DNA from: a bacterium
GTDB lineage: Bacteria > Bacteroidota > Ignavibacteria > Kapaibacteriales > UBA2268
Direction of reading: 5' to 3'
Assembly (NCBI GenBank): GCA_043804925.1
Contig: JAZDIP010000104.1
Span: 63,538-127,537 of the forward strand
DNA length: 64,000 bases
Under the pieces are notes generated by a model. The model ran no database searches. It had not been told where the DNA came from and worked only from the letters and a program-made list of their open reading frames with translations. Each line of letters starts with the position of its first letter. The first letter of the stretch is position 1. Positions 16,877 through 26,823 of this stretch are shown here, in pieces. A program made the position numbers and the translations under genes.

Positions 16877-17323
16877 TTAATCAAAAACCGGATTTTGTCC
16901 TCCATGAATTCTGACATTTTCTCTCCACTTTGGTATATTCAAAACAGGTTTTTCTAAATACACTTTATTGTTTTCTTCAAAGATTTCGTATCTGCTTAGT
17001 TTCTTGATTCCCTGATGGGCTTTTTTATTTTCTCCTGTTAAGAGTGAAAATGTCCAACCATGTAGGGGACAAGTAACGGTCAGGCCTTTTAGAATACCTT
17101 CAAAAATCTTAGTAGCATGGCGATGGGGACATATATTGGAAACACAATATAACCTATTTTGAATTCTAAAAACAGCAAATTGCAAATCTATATCCTCCTC
17201 AAAAGCAATTCTCTTTCCTTTGCCTTCTTTTAGCTCTTCCGAACTACAAATAAGGATAAAAGTTTTACCATCTTTTATAATCTCAGAGAAAATTCCTTCT
17301 GATGATTCTGTCTTTTTTGACAT
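16877..17323 (-). CDS. Rieske [2Fe-2S] domain protein.
   Basis: CPHRHATKIFEG...CPLHGWTF (CxH...CxxH Rieske motifs). Confidence 0.75.
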   Translation of the reverse strand: MSKKTESSEGIFSEIIKDGKTFILICSSEELKEGKGKRIAFEEDIDLQFAVFRIQNRLYCVSNICPHRHATKIFEGILKGLTVTCPLHGWTFSLLTGENKKAHQGIKKLSRYEIFEENNKVYLEKPVLNIPKWRENVRIHGGQNPVFD

Positions 17324-17330
17324 TATGATT

Positions 17331-18188
17331 TCAAATATTTTTAGTAATAATTACATCTTCACCGGCAGAAAAAGTATTGTCTTTATTGAGTATTTTGGAA
17401 GCCTGCCTAAAGACATCATGTTCGTAAACAAGTATTGTTTCTTCTTCGTAAGCCCTAGGCAAAATCACCTTTTTTTCTTCGATAGTCTTCAAAGGTTCAT
17501 TATCGTATCCCATAACGAAGGGTAAGGGTATATGAGCGGCAGTTGGACACAAATCAGCACAAAACAGAATGCTTTTTCCTTCATCATGTAACTTTGTTAA
17601 TTGCATGGATTTTGTGTGACCGCTAACTTTAATCACAGAAATTCCCGGGAAAATTTCTCCATCACCATCTATCAGTTCAAGCATCCCCATATCTTTTAAA
17701 GGAACATAGTTTTCGGGGAAAAAGGAAGCCCTGTCTTTTTCCGTAGGATTTATTCCCCATTTGTATTGTTCTTTTTGAACATAGTATTTGGCATTTGGGA
17801 ATGTCGGGATAATCTTGCCATTCTCAACCATGGTTGCACCACCTGAATGGTCAAAGTGTAAATGGGTAAGAATTACATCTGTAACATGTTCCGGTTTAAT
17901 ATTAAATTGTCTTAAATGTAATTCAACAGCAGATTTGGTTAAATCAATACCATATCGAGCAGCTATTTTTGGATTAAGTTTCGTTCCGTTACCGGTGTCA
18001 ACCAAAACAATTTTTTCTTCCCACCTGATAAGCAGAAGCCGTGCTTCGAGAGGAATTCGGTTTAATTCATCACCACTGTGATAAGATTTACTCCAGAGAG
18101 CTTTTGGAATAACACCGAACATAGCGCCACCATCAAGATGAAAAATACCGGTTTCTATAACATCTATTTGAAATTTGCCTATTTGCAT
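17331..18188 (-). CDS. MBL-fold metallo-hydrolase.
   Basis: THLHFDHSGG (HxHxDH) motif; 7 bp upstream of the Rieske gene, so probably co-transcribed. Confidence 0.75.
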   Translation of the reverse strand: MQIGKFQIDVIETGIFHLDGGAMFGVIPKALWSKSYHSGDELNRIPLEARLLLIRWEEKIVLVDTGNGTKLNPKIAARYGIDLTKSAVELHLRQFNIKPEHVTDVILTHLHFDHSGGATMVENGKIIPTFPNAKYYVQKEQYKWGINPTEKDRASFFPENYVPLKDMGMLELIDGDGEIFPGISVIKVSGHTKSMQLTKLHDEGKSILFCADLCPTAAHIPLPFVMGYDNEPLKTIEEKKVILPRAYEEETILVYEHDVFRQASKILNKDNTFSAGEDVIITKNI

Positions 18189-18368
18189 TTTAGTTCCTGA
18201 AAAATAAATAAGGATATAAACGTTTTAACGTGTTGAAAAATTAAATATTTTGTAATAATTCAAATAAGAGTTAAAAAGAATTGGAATTTTGCTTAAAGAG
18301 TAATATTTTTGTAATTCTGTAATTTAATAAGATAGAAACAATTAAAAATATTGGGAGTCTAAGAACTA

Positions 18369-20546
18369 ATGGGAACAATGGAGAGAATTAGGAAAACTTC
18401 GCCTTATGCATTGGCGTTGTTTGCTGTAATATTCATCGGATTTATGGTTATTTCGGATGCAGATTTTAGCAGTATGATGAGTAAAGGTAAAAACATGCAG
18501 ACTGCAGTGATAGTCACCATCAATGGGGATGATATACTTTATAAAGACTTCAATGCTTTAGTACAAGAGAGAATTGAACAGATGCGTACTAATTCTCAAG
18601 ATGAGGAACAACAAATTGATGAAAAACAAATCAGGACCGATATCTGGAACGAAATGATTGATAAAACGCTGTTAAACCAGGAAGCCGAAAGAGCAGGCAT
18701 CTATGTATCTAACGCTGAAATTTTGGATATAATGATTGATAATCCACCGGATTTTTTACGCCGGACTTTTCCGGACTCTGCCGGTAATTTCAACCGAACG
18801 GCATATTTGGATATTATCACCAATCCCAACAACCTTGCTAATTATTTGCCATCTTCTTATTCTCCTGAGCAAATACAGGAGCAAATATTCAAGTTCAAAA
18901 AAGACATTGTTAACGTAGAGACATATTTAAAGGAGCAAAAATTATCGGAATCAATGACATTCTTGGTTAGTACAAGCGAATCTATTTTATCTCCTGATTT
19001 TGTTAATGAAAGATATACTGCTGAGAACTCTACTGTTTCGGCTGATTTTATATTTTTTGATGTTAACAGCATTAAAAATGAGGATATTAAAGTTACCGAT
19101 AAGGAACTGATGGATTATTATAATGATAATAAGAAATATTACGAACAAAAACCGATGAGGCGTGTAAAATATGTCCGTTTTCCTATTCAACCCTCTTATG
19201 ACGATACTGTTAGAGCAATTAAACGAATAACAAAAATTGAAGAAGATTTACAATTGGCGACAACCACCGAACAGAGAGATAGTGTTTTTGATGTGAAGTT
19301 GAGTGAATTTGGCGGAAATACCAGTGACTATATTATGTCAGCCGACCTTGAGCCGGCAAAAGCACCATATTTGGATTCAATGAAAGCTATGCAGGTTATC
19401 GGTCCCATATCTATGGGACCTGATGGAGCATATTTCTTTCGTTTGGACGATAGACGTTCGGGTGAAAATGAAATGGTTAAAGCTAGTCATATACTCGTGA
19501 AATTTAATGATAACAAGGATAGTGCCAAAGCAGAAGCCGTTAAAATTTTGAATCGTGCTAAAAAAGGTGAAGACTTTGCAAAAATGGCAATCGAACTTTC
19601 CGAGGATAAAGGCAGTGCCGAAAAAGGCGGTGATTTGGGTTTTTTTGGAAAAGGCAGGATGATAAAGGAATTTGAAGAAGCTGCATTTGCCGCTAAAGCC
19701 GGCGAAGTTGTTGGTCCTGTCGAAACCCAGTTCGGGTATCATATTATAAAAGTTATTGACAAAAAATCTGAGGAAATTAAATATAGCGAGATAAATATAA
19801 AACCTACTATTTCCACATCAACAACAAATAAATTATTCAGAGAAGCATTCTCGATTCAAAGGCAGGTCGAAGAGGGTACTTCCTTTGATAATTTGATTAA
19901 AAAATTAAATTTGGTTGCTTCAATGTCGAACTTTGTTACAAGCCAGCAACCTATTTTGGGCTCAAATTATTTGACATATCTTGCTTTTGAGAACTCTGTA
20001 GGTACTGTTTTTGAACCAATGGAACTTGACCAGTATGGAATAGTAGTCGTTCAGGTTACTGATGCTAAGCAAGGAGGAGTAAAAGAATTTGAAGAAGTGA
20101 AAGCTCAATTGCAGAGTGAGCTTGTGCATAAAAAGAAGCTCGATGCTTTGGAAAAAATTGCAAATGCACAGTATTCGAAAATTAAAGACGCTCAACATTT
20201 AAGGCAAGCGGCAAGTTTTGACCCATCAATACAAATCAGAACTGTTGAAGCTTTTAAGATTGATGAGAACATTCCCGGAATTGGAATTGATTATGGTTTT
20301 GCTGCCGAAGTTTTTAGGCAATCTGTTGGAAAAATCTCCAAGCCGATTCGTGGGGGAAGAGGTTATTATATTATCGAACCTTATAACAGGACCTTAGCTA
20401 ATACTAAAAACATGGCTGAGATATATTCATATAAGACCCAATTACAAAGGGATTTGAGAAAGAGAGCTTTTTATACTTGGTTTGGTAAGCTGAAAGAAGA
20501 TGCAATTATAGAAGATTTTAGGCATGAATTTTATAGAGATTATTAA
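18369..20546 (+). CDS. PpiD/SurA-like periplasmic chaperone with an N-terminal membrane anchor and a parvulin-type PPIase domain.
   Basis: N-terminal TM helix (ALALFAVIFIGFMVI). Parvulin motif ASHILVKF...GGDLGFF...FGYHIIKV. Long SurA_N-like region. Confidence 0.75.
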   Translation: MGTMERIRKTSPYALALFAVIFIGFMVISDADFSSMMSKGKNMQTAVIVTINGDDILYKDFNALVQERIEQMRTNSQDEEQQIDEKQIRTDIWNEMIDKTLLNQEAERAGIYVSNAEILDIMIDNPPDFLRRTFPDSAGNFNRTAYLDIITNPNNLANYLPSSYSPEQIQEQIFKFKKDIVNVETYLKEQKLSESMTFLVSTSESILSPDFVNERYTAENSTVSADFIFFDVNSIKNEDIKVTDKELMDYYNDNKKYYEQKPMRRVKYVRFPIQPSYDDTVRAIKRITKIEEDLQLATTTEQRDSVFDVKLSEFGGNTSDYIMSADLEPAKAPYLDSMKAMQVIGPISMGPDGAYFFRLDDRRSGENEMVKASHILVKFNDNKDSAKAEAVKILNRAKKGEDFAKMAIELSEDKGSAEKGGDLGFFGKGRMIKEFEEAAFAAKAGEVVGPVETQFGYHIIKVIDKKSEEIKYSEINIKPTISTSTTNKLFREAFSIQRQVEEGTSFDNLIKKLNLVASMSNFVTSQQPILGSNYLTYLAFENSVGTVFEPMELDQYGIVVVQVTDAKQGGVKEFEEVKAQLQSELVHKKKLDALEKIANAQYSKIKDAQHLRQAASFDPSIQIRTVEAFKIDENIPGIGIDYGFAAEVFRQSVGKISKPIRGGRGYYIIEPYNRTLANTKNMAEIYSYKTQLQRDLRKRAFYTWFGKLKEDAIIEDFRHEFYRDY

Positions 20547-20625
20547 TATAATCAGATAAATATCTTAAGGGGCTTTATTGATTTTTTTGCTCGATAAAGC
20601 CCTTAATTATATATAGAACAAAATC

Positions 20626-21564
20626 ATGAAATTGATAAAACCGGATGAACTTGCAGATTTAACTACTTTATCAGGAGGAAGGTTTTCCGTTGATTCAATC
20701 GAATCGGCATTTTCCTTTTGTAAGAGTCTTACCACAAGTCATTATGAGAATTTTCCTGTTGGTTCTATTTTGATTCCAAAAAAATTCAGGAAACATTTTT
20801 ATAGTGTATATTCATTTGCCCGAATAGCCGATGATATTGCCGATGAATCTGATGAAAATTCTGAAAAAAGGATTCAATATCTGGATAATCTTCAAAAACT
20901 AATTTTGAACATCGATTTAAATAAGAATAATAATCCTATGAATTCAAAAAATGAAGTTCCATCTAATCCGGTTATTTTAGCTCTGGCTCAAACCATGAAA
21001 GAAAGAAATATTCCTTCTGAACCTTTTTTGAAACTTCTGATTGCTTTCAAACGTGATATTTACTTCAAACAACCTGAAAATTTTGACGAACTGGAAGATT
21101 ACTGTCATTATTCAGCTAATCCAATCGGTGAACTAGTTCTTAGAATTTTCGGATTATACAATGATACCACAAAACCTTATTCTGATGCTGTTTGTACGGG
21201 TTTACAGTTAGTTAACTTTTGGCAGGATTTATCAATTGATTTAGCAAAAGGACGCTGTTATATACCACACAGTTTGCTACAAAAATATGGTCTAACAAAT
21301 GAAAATTTGCATCTCTCGGAAAATAAACTTATATTAACTCAATGTTTAAATGAAATATATGAATATACTAATTCGTTCTTCATAAAAGGCAGGAAGTTAT
21401 TTAAATACTTAAAATTTTATAGATTAAAAATTGAAATAATAGTTACGGTTAAAGGAGGAGAAAAATTACTTGGCAGGATTAGGAAAATGAATGCACAAAT
21501 TTTTGTGAAAAGACCTGAACTTACTAAATTTGATTTTTTCAAAATTTTAATTAGTTCATTTTAA
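20626..21564 (+). CDS. hpnC: Squalene/phytoene synthase family enzyme, HpnC-like (hydroxysqualene synthase).
   Basis: HYENFPVGSILIPKKFRKHFYSVYSFARIADDIADE and YCHYSANPIGELVLRIFG match isoprenoid-synthase aspartate-rich regions. The N-terminal pattern resembles HpnC. Confidence 0.6.
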   Translation: MKLIKPDELADLTTLSGGRFSVDSIESAFSFCKSLTTSHYENFPVGSILIPKKFRKHFYSVYSFARIADDIADESDENSEKRIQYLDNLQKLILNIDLNKNNNPMNSKNEVPSNPVILALAQTMKERNIPSEPFLKLLIAFKRDIYFKQPENFDELEDYCHYSANPIGELVLRIFGLYNDTTKPYSDAVCTGLQLVNFWQDLSIDLAKGRCYIPHSLLQKYGLTNENLHLSENKLILTQCLNEIYEYTNSFFIKGRKLFKYLKFYRLKIEIIVTVKGGEKLLGRIRKMNAQIFVKRPELTKFDFFKILISSF

Positions 21565-21567
21565 TAT

Positions 21568-22479
21568 TTGTTGATGGAAACTTTAAGCCATATTGAATTA
21601 GCAAACTACGAGAAAGTTGAACTTCCCGAAACGGAAAGGTCGAATTTTACTTATTCATTTTCTTTTTTACCAAAAGATGAAAGACATGCAATTAGTTCGA
21701 TTTATACTTTTTGCAGTTATATAGATAATATCGTAGATAGCACTCCAAACAATGATGATAAAATCAAACAGATAAAACTAAACAGATTGCAATGGTGGGA
21801 AAACGTAATTGAAGAGATATACAGCGGTAGAAATAAAAATCCACTTTTAATGACCTTAATACTTGTTATAAATAGATTTTCCATTCCTAAACAATATTTT
21901 CTTACACTGATCGACGGTTGTCGTCGGGACCTTGTTAAGACAAGATACGAAACTTTCGAGGAACTGAAGGAATATTGCTATGGAGTTGCAGGGATTGTCG
22001 GACTGATTAGCATCGAAATATTCGGGCATAAATATGAAGAGACAAAAAAATATGCTATTAATCTTGGATATGCTCTTCAACTTACAAATATTTTAAGGGA
22101 TATAAAAACCGACAAGGATAGAGGATACATTTATCTCCCACATGAAGATTTGGAAAAGTTCGGGTATAGCGAAGAAGAATTAATGAACGACACTTACAAT
22201 GACAAGTTTGTAGCACTCATGCAGTTTGAGGCAGCCCGTGCCCGTGAATTCTTTCATAAAGCGAGGACTTGTCTTCGCCCTGATGAACGTATTACTATAT
22301 TTGCCGCAGAGATAATGGATGCCATTTATTTCAGGTTATTGGAAAAAATTGAACTTAATCATTATAACATCTTTGAAAAGAAAATAAAAGTATCGAACAT
22401 TCATAAAATAATGATTGCTTTGAAGCACCGGCTTTCAATAAGGGTGTTTATATCGAGACTGAAAAAAACAGACGGATAG
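21568..22479 (+). CDS. hpnD: Squalene/phytoene synthase family enzyme, HpnD-like (presqualene diphosphate synthase).
   Basis: SNFTYSFSFLPKDERHAISSIYTFCSYIDNIVD ... YCYGVAGIVGLISIEIFG. Tandem with hpnC, 3 bp apart. Confidence 0.6.
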   Translation: MLMETLSHIELANYEKVELPETERSNFTYSFSFLPKDERHAISSIYTFCSYIDNIVDSTPNNDDKIKQIKLNRLQWWENVIEEIYSGRNKNPLLMTLILVINRFSIPKQYFLTLIDGCRRDLVKTRYETFEELKEYCYGVAGIVGLISIEIFGHKYEETKKYAINLGYALQLTNILRDIKTDKDRGYIYLPHEDLEKFGYSEEELMNDTYNDKFVALMQFEAARAREFFHKARTCLRPDERITIFAAEIMDAIYFRLLEKIELNHYNIFEKKIKVSNIHKIMIALKHRLSIRVFISRLKKTDG

Positions 22480-22697
22480 ATATTTTTTTTCCCTATTTTT
22501 ATGCCAATTTGATTTATAATAAAATTAAAAAATATTTTGTTAGGATAAAACCTAATTTTATTATAAATTAGCTGTACAGCATATTATTAAAAATCAGATA
22601 TTTTGTTAAATCAAGAGAAATTCTATTGAATTAACCGGAATTTTCTCTGCGTATTTTATTTGATTGAAAATATATTTCTAATTTTTTGGGGGAACAA

Positions 22698-23126
22698 ATG
22701 GAAATAAAAGAAATCTATACTATCGAACCGGCAACCGGTGTTAAGATACCAATCTATTCAATGTCTGTTTCCGCAGGAATTCCTGTAGTAGTTGAAAGTA
22801 GGGTAGAGGATATGATAGACATTAATGAATACCTGATTGAACATCCTGCAACTTCTTTTTTTGCGAGGGTTCAGGGTGAATCATTTTCTCAGATAGGTAT
22901 TATGGATAATGATATTATTGTGTTCGATACTTCTCTTAATCCGAAGGATGGTATGGTTATTATTGCCCTTGGTAATGATGGTATGACTATTAAAATATAC
23001 CGTAATCTCGATGGTACAATTTATTTGCAATCATCTAATCACCAGTTTCTCCCTCTGGAAATTCCGCCATATCTGGAGTTTAAAATTTTGGGTGTCGTTA
23101 CAAAAGTAATTCATTCATTTGATTAA
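22698..23126 (+). CDS. UmuD-like S24 (LexA-type) self-cleaving peptidase, copy 1.
   Basis: IDINEYLIEHPATSFFARVQGESFSQIGIMDNDIIVFD...GMVIIALGNDGMTIKIY aligns with the E. coli UmuD catalytic domain (Ser in GESF, Lys in TIK). Putative Ala-Gly cleavage site at SVSAGIPV. Confidence 0.65.
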   Translation: MEIKEIYTIEPATGVKIPIYSMSVSAGIPVVVESRVEDMIDINEYLIEHPATSFFARVQGESFSQIGIMDNDIIVFDTSLNPKDGMVIIALGNDGMTIKIYRNLDGTIYLQSSNHQFLPLEIPPYLEFKILGVVTKVIHSFD

Positions 23127-23141
23127 TCTAAATCTATTTAT

Positions 23142-23564
23142 TTGAAAGTCGAGAAAAAATATAGCTTGAAGTCAAACTACAGCTTCGAAGCACCGCTTTA
23201 CAAAGTTGCTTCTTCTCTTGGGCTTGCTGAAAAAAAGAATATTGAATTAGATTCATTTAACCTCAGCAAATTTTTAATAAGCAATCCCCAAAGCACATAC
23301 CTGGTTCGAGTTGTCGGAGACAGCATGATAGATGAAAATATTTACGAGGGAGATATTCTTGTTGTAAATAAAGACGAAAAACCAACTGACGGTAAAGTCG
23401 TAATTGCCGCCCTCAATGGTGAAATGACTGTCAAAACATTAAGAGTAATTGAAAGTAAAGTTTACCTTTTTTCAGCTAACAAACGTTTTCTGCCTATGGA
23501 AATTCTCCCTTTCTGGGAATTTGAAATACAGGGTGTTGTCAAGCATGTTATCAAAAGCTTGTAA
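23142..23564 (+). CDS. UmuD-like S24 peptidase, copy 2. Starts at a TTG and lacks an obvious Ala/Cys-Gly cleavage site.
   Basis: IELDSFNLSKFLISNPQSTYLVRVVGDSMIDENIYEGDILVVNKDEKPTDGKVVIAALNGEMTVKTLRV is almost co-linear with E. coli UmuD (GDSM Ser, TVK Lys). Confidence 0.65.
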   Translation: MKVEKKYSLKSNYSFEAPLYKVASSLGLAEKKNIELDSFNLSKFLISNPQSTYLVRVVGDSMIDENIYEGDILVVNKDEKPTDGKVVIAALNGEMTVKTLRVIESKVYLFSANKRFLPMEILPFWEFEIQGVVKHVIKSL

Positions 23565-24857
23565 TTAAATTAATTTCCCCAACATATTCTTCCCATTAAA
23601 TCCCTCTATCTTTACTTTCTTCGGCTCTTCCGAATGTGATTTAACCTGATATTTCACTCTCACATAATTATCCGTAAAACCTTCTTCATAAAGAATCCCA
23701 TTGTTCTCATATTCCTTTTCCGGTATGACTGTCTGAATTTTTCCTGATTGTGAATTATAAAATTCTTTCCGTTTACTTTCCGATAGCTCTCTCAGGATTT
23801 TTGTTCTTTCTTTTCTGATAGCAACCGGTACTTTATTCTCATATTTTGAGGCAGGAGTTATATCTCTTTCAGAGTATGTAAAGACATGGAGATAGGAGAC
23901 AGGCAAACTTTCAATAAGTTTATAGGTCTCTTGAAAATGCTCTTCAGTTTCACCCGGGAAACCTACTATTACATCAACTCCAATGCAAAAATCCTCATTT
24001 GCAGATTTTATCTTATAAACAAGATTCTCAAAATCAGAAACTTTATATCTTCTTTTCATAAGTTTTAAAATTTTCTGTGAACCGCTTTGCAAAGGAATAT
24101 GAAAGTGCTTGCAAAGTTTTTCGGAACTGTTAACCAAACTTATTATTTCATCGCTAACAAGATTTGGCTCAACCGAAGAAATCCTTGCCCTGAATTTATA
24201 ATCCGAATTTGCTATTAACTTCACAACATCAGCAAATCGTTCTCCATTTTGGGATTTATATTCTCCGAGGTTTATACCTGATAGCACAACTTCGTAAAAA
24301 TCCTTTTTATTAAGTTCAGAAAACTTATTTTTAAGCTCGCTGAAATCCATAGACCTGCTTTTTCCCCTTGCATAAGGAACAGCACAATACGTACAGACAT
24401 AATCACATCCATCCTGAATTTTGATAACTATCCTTGTTCTGCTTTCATTATCAACCGATGATGCAAAGTGGAAAGGAACTTCTTCCAGATTCGGAATGAA
24501 GATATCAGTTTTATTCTTTTTTTCAAATTTCCCGATTAATTCCTTAATATCGAATTTATTATTCGTTCCGAAAACCGCATCAACACCTTCGATATTTATT
24601 ACTTCATCCGGCTTCAATTGCGAGTAACAACCCATAACACCAATATAAGCACCCGGATTATTTCTTATCGCTTTTCGTATATATTTTCGGCTGTCAGCAT
24701 CTGCATTGTTGGTTACTGTACATGTATTAATTAAAACCACATCAGCTTTATCTTTGAATTCAACTACCTCAAAGCCGGCTTCATCAAATTGCTTTTGAAT
24801 TTCCGACATTTCCGCAAAATTCAACTTGCAACCAATATTTAAAAAAGATATTTTCAT
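23565..24857 (-). CDS. MiaB/RimO-family radical-SAM methylthiotransferase (MtaB-like) with a C-terminal TRAM domain.
   Basis: N-terminal MTTase domain (NIGCKLNFAEMS...VLINTCTVT), radical-SAM CDYVCTYC motif, 430 aa. Confidence 0.75.
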   Translation of the reverse strand: MKISFLNIGCKLNFAEMSEIQKQFDEAGFEVVEFKDKADVVLINTCTVTNNADADSRKYIRKAIRNNPGAYIGVMGCYSQLKPDEVINIEGVDAVFGTNNKFDIKELIGKFEKKNKTDIFIPNLEEVPFHFASSVDNESRTRIVIKIQDGCDYVCTYCAVPYARGKSRSMDFSELKNKFSELNKKDFYEVVLSGINLGEYKSQNGERFADVVKLIANSDYKFRARISSVEPNLVSDEIISLVNSSEKLCKHFHIPLQSGSQKILKLMKRRYKVSDFENLVYKIKSANEDFCIGVDVIVGFPGETEEHFQETYKLIESLPVSYLHVFTYSERDITPASKYENKVPVAIRKERTKILRELSESKRKEFYNSQSGKIQTVIPEKEYENNGILYEEGFTDNYVRVKYQVKSHSEEPKKVKIEGFNGKNMLGKLI

Positions 24858-25008
24858 TTACAAAATTGTTCATCATTAATATTCAAAAGACGAATAGGTC
24901 GGATTTTGTTATTCAAATATGAAAATTACTTTTTTTTATAGATATGACTTTAAAATAAATTATGAAATTAATATATAATTTAATTGAAACATCTGAAAAA
25001 TTAAATTT

Positions 25009-25035
25009 AATTGTCATTCCAGCGAAAGCTGGAAT
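25009..25035. repeat. Hairpin repeat family copy (ttgtcattccagcgaaagctggaatcc); near-perfect 9-bp stem.
   Basis: ATTCCAGC/GCTGGAAT inverted arms around a gaaa loop. Confidence 0.6.
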
Positions 25036-25140
25036 CCATCAAACCTCTACAGTATTGAATTCTGACTTTCGTCAGAATAAATAAAGAAAGTATTTTTGGC
25101 ATTTTTCAGAAGTTTCTAATTATTACTTTATACTTCATTG

Positions 25141-25908
25141 TTAATAAATATATTCATAAACAAATTTACCGGTAATCTCTCCATCTTGATAATGAATTTT
25201 TTCTATTAGTAAGCCCGATGAGTTATAAGAGTTAACTTCTTTTACAACATCACCCATATTTGTTTTTAATATAAATTCAATAAGTTGGTTTTTACTGTTG
25301 TATATGAATTCATTAATTTCAAATGGTTCCTCTCCGGCATCCCAAAACTCCTTTTTAATTAAATTTCCAGATGTATCATAAAAATATATTATAGAATCTT
25401 CTTTCATGATACCCCAATAAGCGGTATAAAGTTCAGTAATAATTTTATTTTGTTCATTATAAATATATTCGGATTCTTCCCATTTTTTATTTTTATCGTT
25501 GAAACGTGTTTTATAGATTAATCTACTACCTTCATAAGTATATGTAATATAATAATCATCATAAAGATTATCTTCATAAACAACAGATATTTTTGTGAGA
25601 TAATTATCATCATCATACTCGTAAGTTTCGGCACCAACTATATCACCAAACATATTGTACAAATCACATTGTACGATTAAGTTATTTGAATAATGTTCAA
25701 CCTTGGCAAGTATTTTATTTCCATAAGAGCCATTTTCATAGAAATAACCCCACCATTTCACCATCCTATAATTTTTACCTGTATTATCAGGTGTTGTTGA
25801 TTCGTTACAGCCAATTAAAGTAATTAAGCTGATTAGAAATAAAATTGTCTTTTTCATAATTTCACCATTTAAAATTTTGTAAAATATATAATATATTATT
25901 TTGTTCAT
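25141..25908 (-). CDS. YD-repeat lipoprotein (small, 255 aa).
   Basis: Lipobox LITLIGC. YD repeats YEYDDDNYLTKI, FYDTSGNLIKKEF, NSYNSSGLLIEKIHY, FVYEY. Confidence 0.65.
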   Translation of the reverse strand: MNKIIYYIFYKILNGEIMKKTILFLISLITLIGCNESTTPDNTGKNYRMVKWWGYFYENGSYGNKILAKVEHYSNNLIVQCDLYNMFGDIVGAETYEYDDDNYLTKISVVYEDNLYDDYYITYTYEGSRLIYKTRFNDKNKKWEESEYIYNEQNKIITELYTAYWGIMKEDSIIYFYDTSGNLIKKEFWDAGEEPFEINEFIYNSKNQLIEFILKTNMGDVVKEVNSYNSSGLLIEKIHYQDGEITGKFVYEYIY

Positions 25909-25928
25909 AAATATTAAACATCTTGTTA

Positions 25929-26525
25929 TTAATACCTTAAAGAAACCATTAGTAATGTTGACTTATCAGGATGAGCTTGTGTTGGACCAGCTATGTTCAT
26001 ACCAAAATCTGAACGATAAATATAAGCCAAAGATATCTGCAAATAAAACATTTCTGACATTTTGTAATCTAATCCTAAACCTACAATATTATCTAGTGGT
26101 AGCAAGTTAATGAACCCAAGAAATATTTTTGGACGAATCCTGCTCCCATATGGTTGAGAGTAATAATTCAATATTGAAGTAAATAACAAAGCACCTTCAT
26201 CAAATAAAAAATTTGTAGGAAAATGATGGCTAATCAACTCCTTTTCACTATGCTTCCAAAGCAAAATGCCAAATTCGGCACCGAGTCTGCCATTGTTCCA
26301 TATTGGAAATTCTGTTGACAGATATCCAGTGATATTTCTTCCCTGAAAAGTTTCTTTCAAATTGATAACTCCAAGTCCCTGAATACCAAGACCAAGTGAG
26401 TAAATAACAGTTGGTGTATGAATTTGAACAGCAGAATCTTTTTTGAAATTTTCGATTGTGTCCTGTTCATTTGCTAAACAGGAAAATGTGTAAATGAAGA
26501 AGAAGAACAGAATAAGTTTTTTCAT
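25929..26525 (-). CDS. Outer-membrane beta-barrel protein (hypothetical), directly upstream of the YD-repeat lipoprotein on the same strand.
   Basis: Signal peptide MKKLILFFFFIYTFSCLA (ATG at 26525 preferred over the ORF-track TTG at 26546). Beta-strand pattern ending in an aromatic residue (SLRY). Confidence 0.5.
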   Translation of the reverse strand: MKKLILFFFFIYTFSCLANEQDTIENFKKDSAVQIHTPTVIYSLGLGIQGLGVINLKETFQGRNITGYLSTEFPIWNNGRLGAEFGILLWKHSEKELISHHFPTNFLFDEGALLFTSILNYYSQPYGSRIRPKIFLGFINLLPLDNIVGLGLDYKMSEMFYLQISLAYIYRSDFGMNIAGPTQAHPDKSTLLMVSLRY

Positions 26526-26667
26526 AACAATTAATAAAAATTGCAAATAATTACTTCTTACATTAAATCAATTGTCTAACTTACAAAAAAAAACTTATGC
26601 AAATATTTTATTTTTTCTAACTATATTGCTTTTCAGTAATATAGTTTAAGCATATTATTAAACTCTA

Positions 26668-26823
26668 TCAGATTTCATTAGGATTAACTTCTTCGATTTT
26701 ACCATTTCGTGAAATAATCATTTTTTCATTTTTTTGAATTTTCTCTTTTATCAGCTTTTTAATTGCCCTTCTGAATCCCCTCAACACCTTATTGCGGATT
26801 TCATTATGTTCATACTTATCCAT
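26668..26823 (-). CDS. Small basic protein (about 51 aa) translationally coupled to the upstream zeta-like kinase gene; candidate cognate antitoxin or partner.
   Basis: The ATG at 26823 overlaps the kinase stop in tataATGGATAAgt. Sequence MDKYEHNEIRNKVLRGFRRAIKKLIKEKIQKNEKMIISRNGKIEEV. The longer ORF-track version (start 26889) would lie inside the kinase gene. Confidence 0.35.
   Translation of the reverse strand: MDKYEHNEIRNKVLRGFRRAIKKLIKEKIQKNEKMIISRNGKIEEVNPNEI

Noticed and set aside
17220-18081. Plus-strand ORFs 17220..17525 and 17788..18081 inside the Rieske/MBL genes
   Set aside because: They are antisense shadow ORFs within well-supported minus-strand genes.
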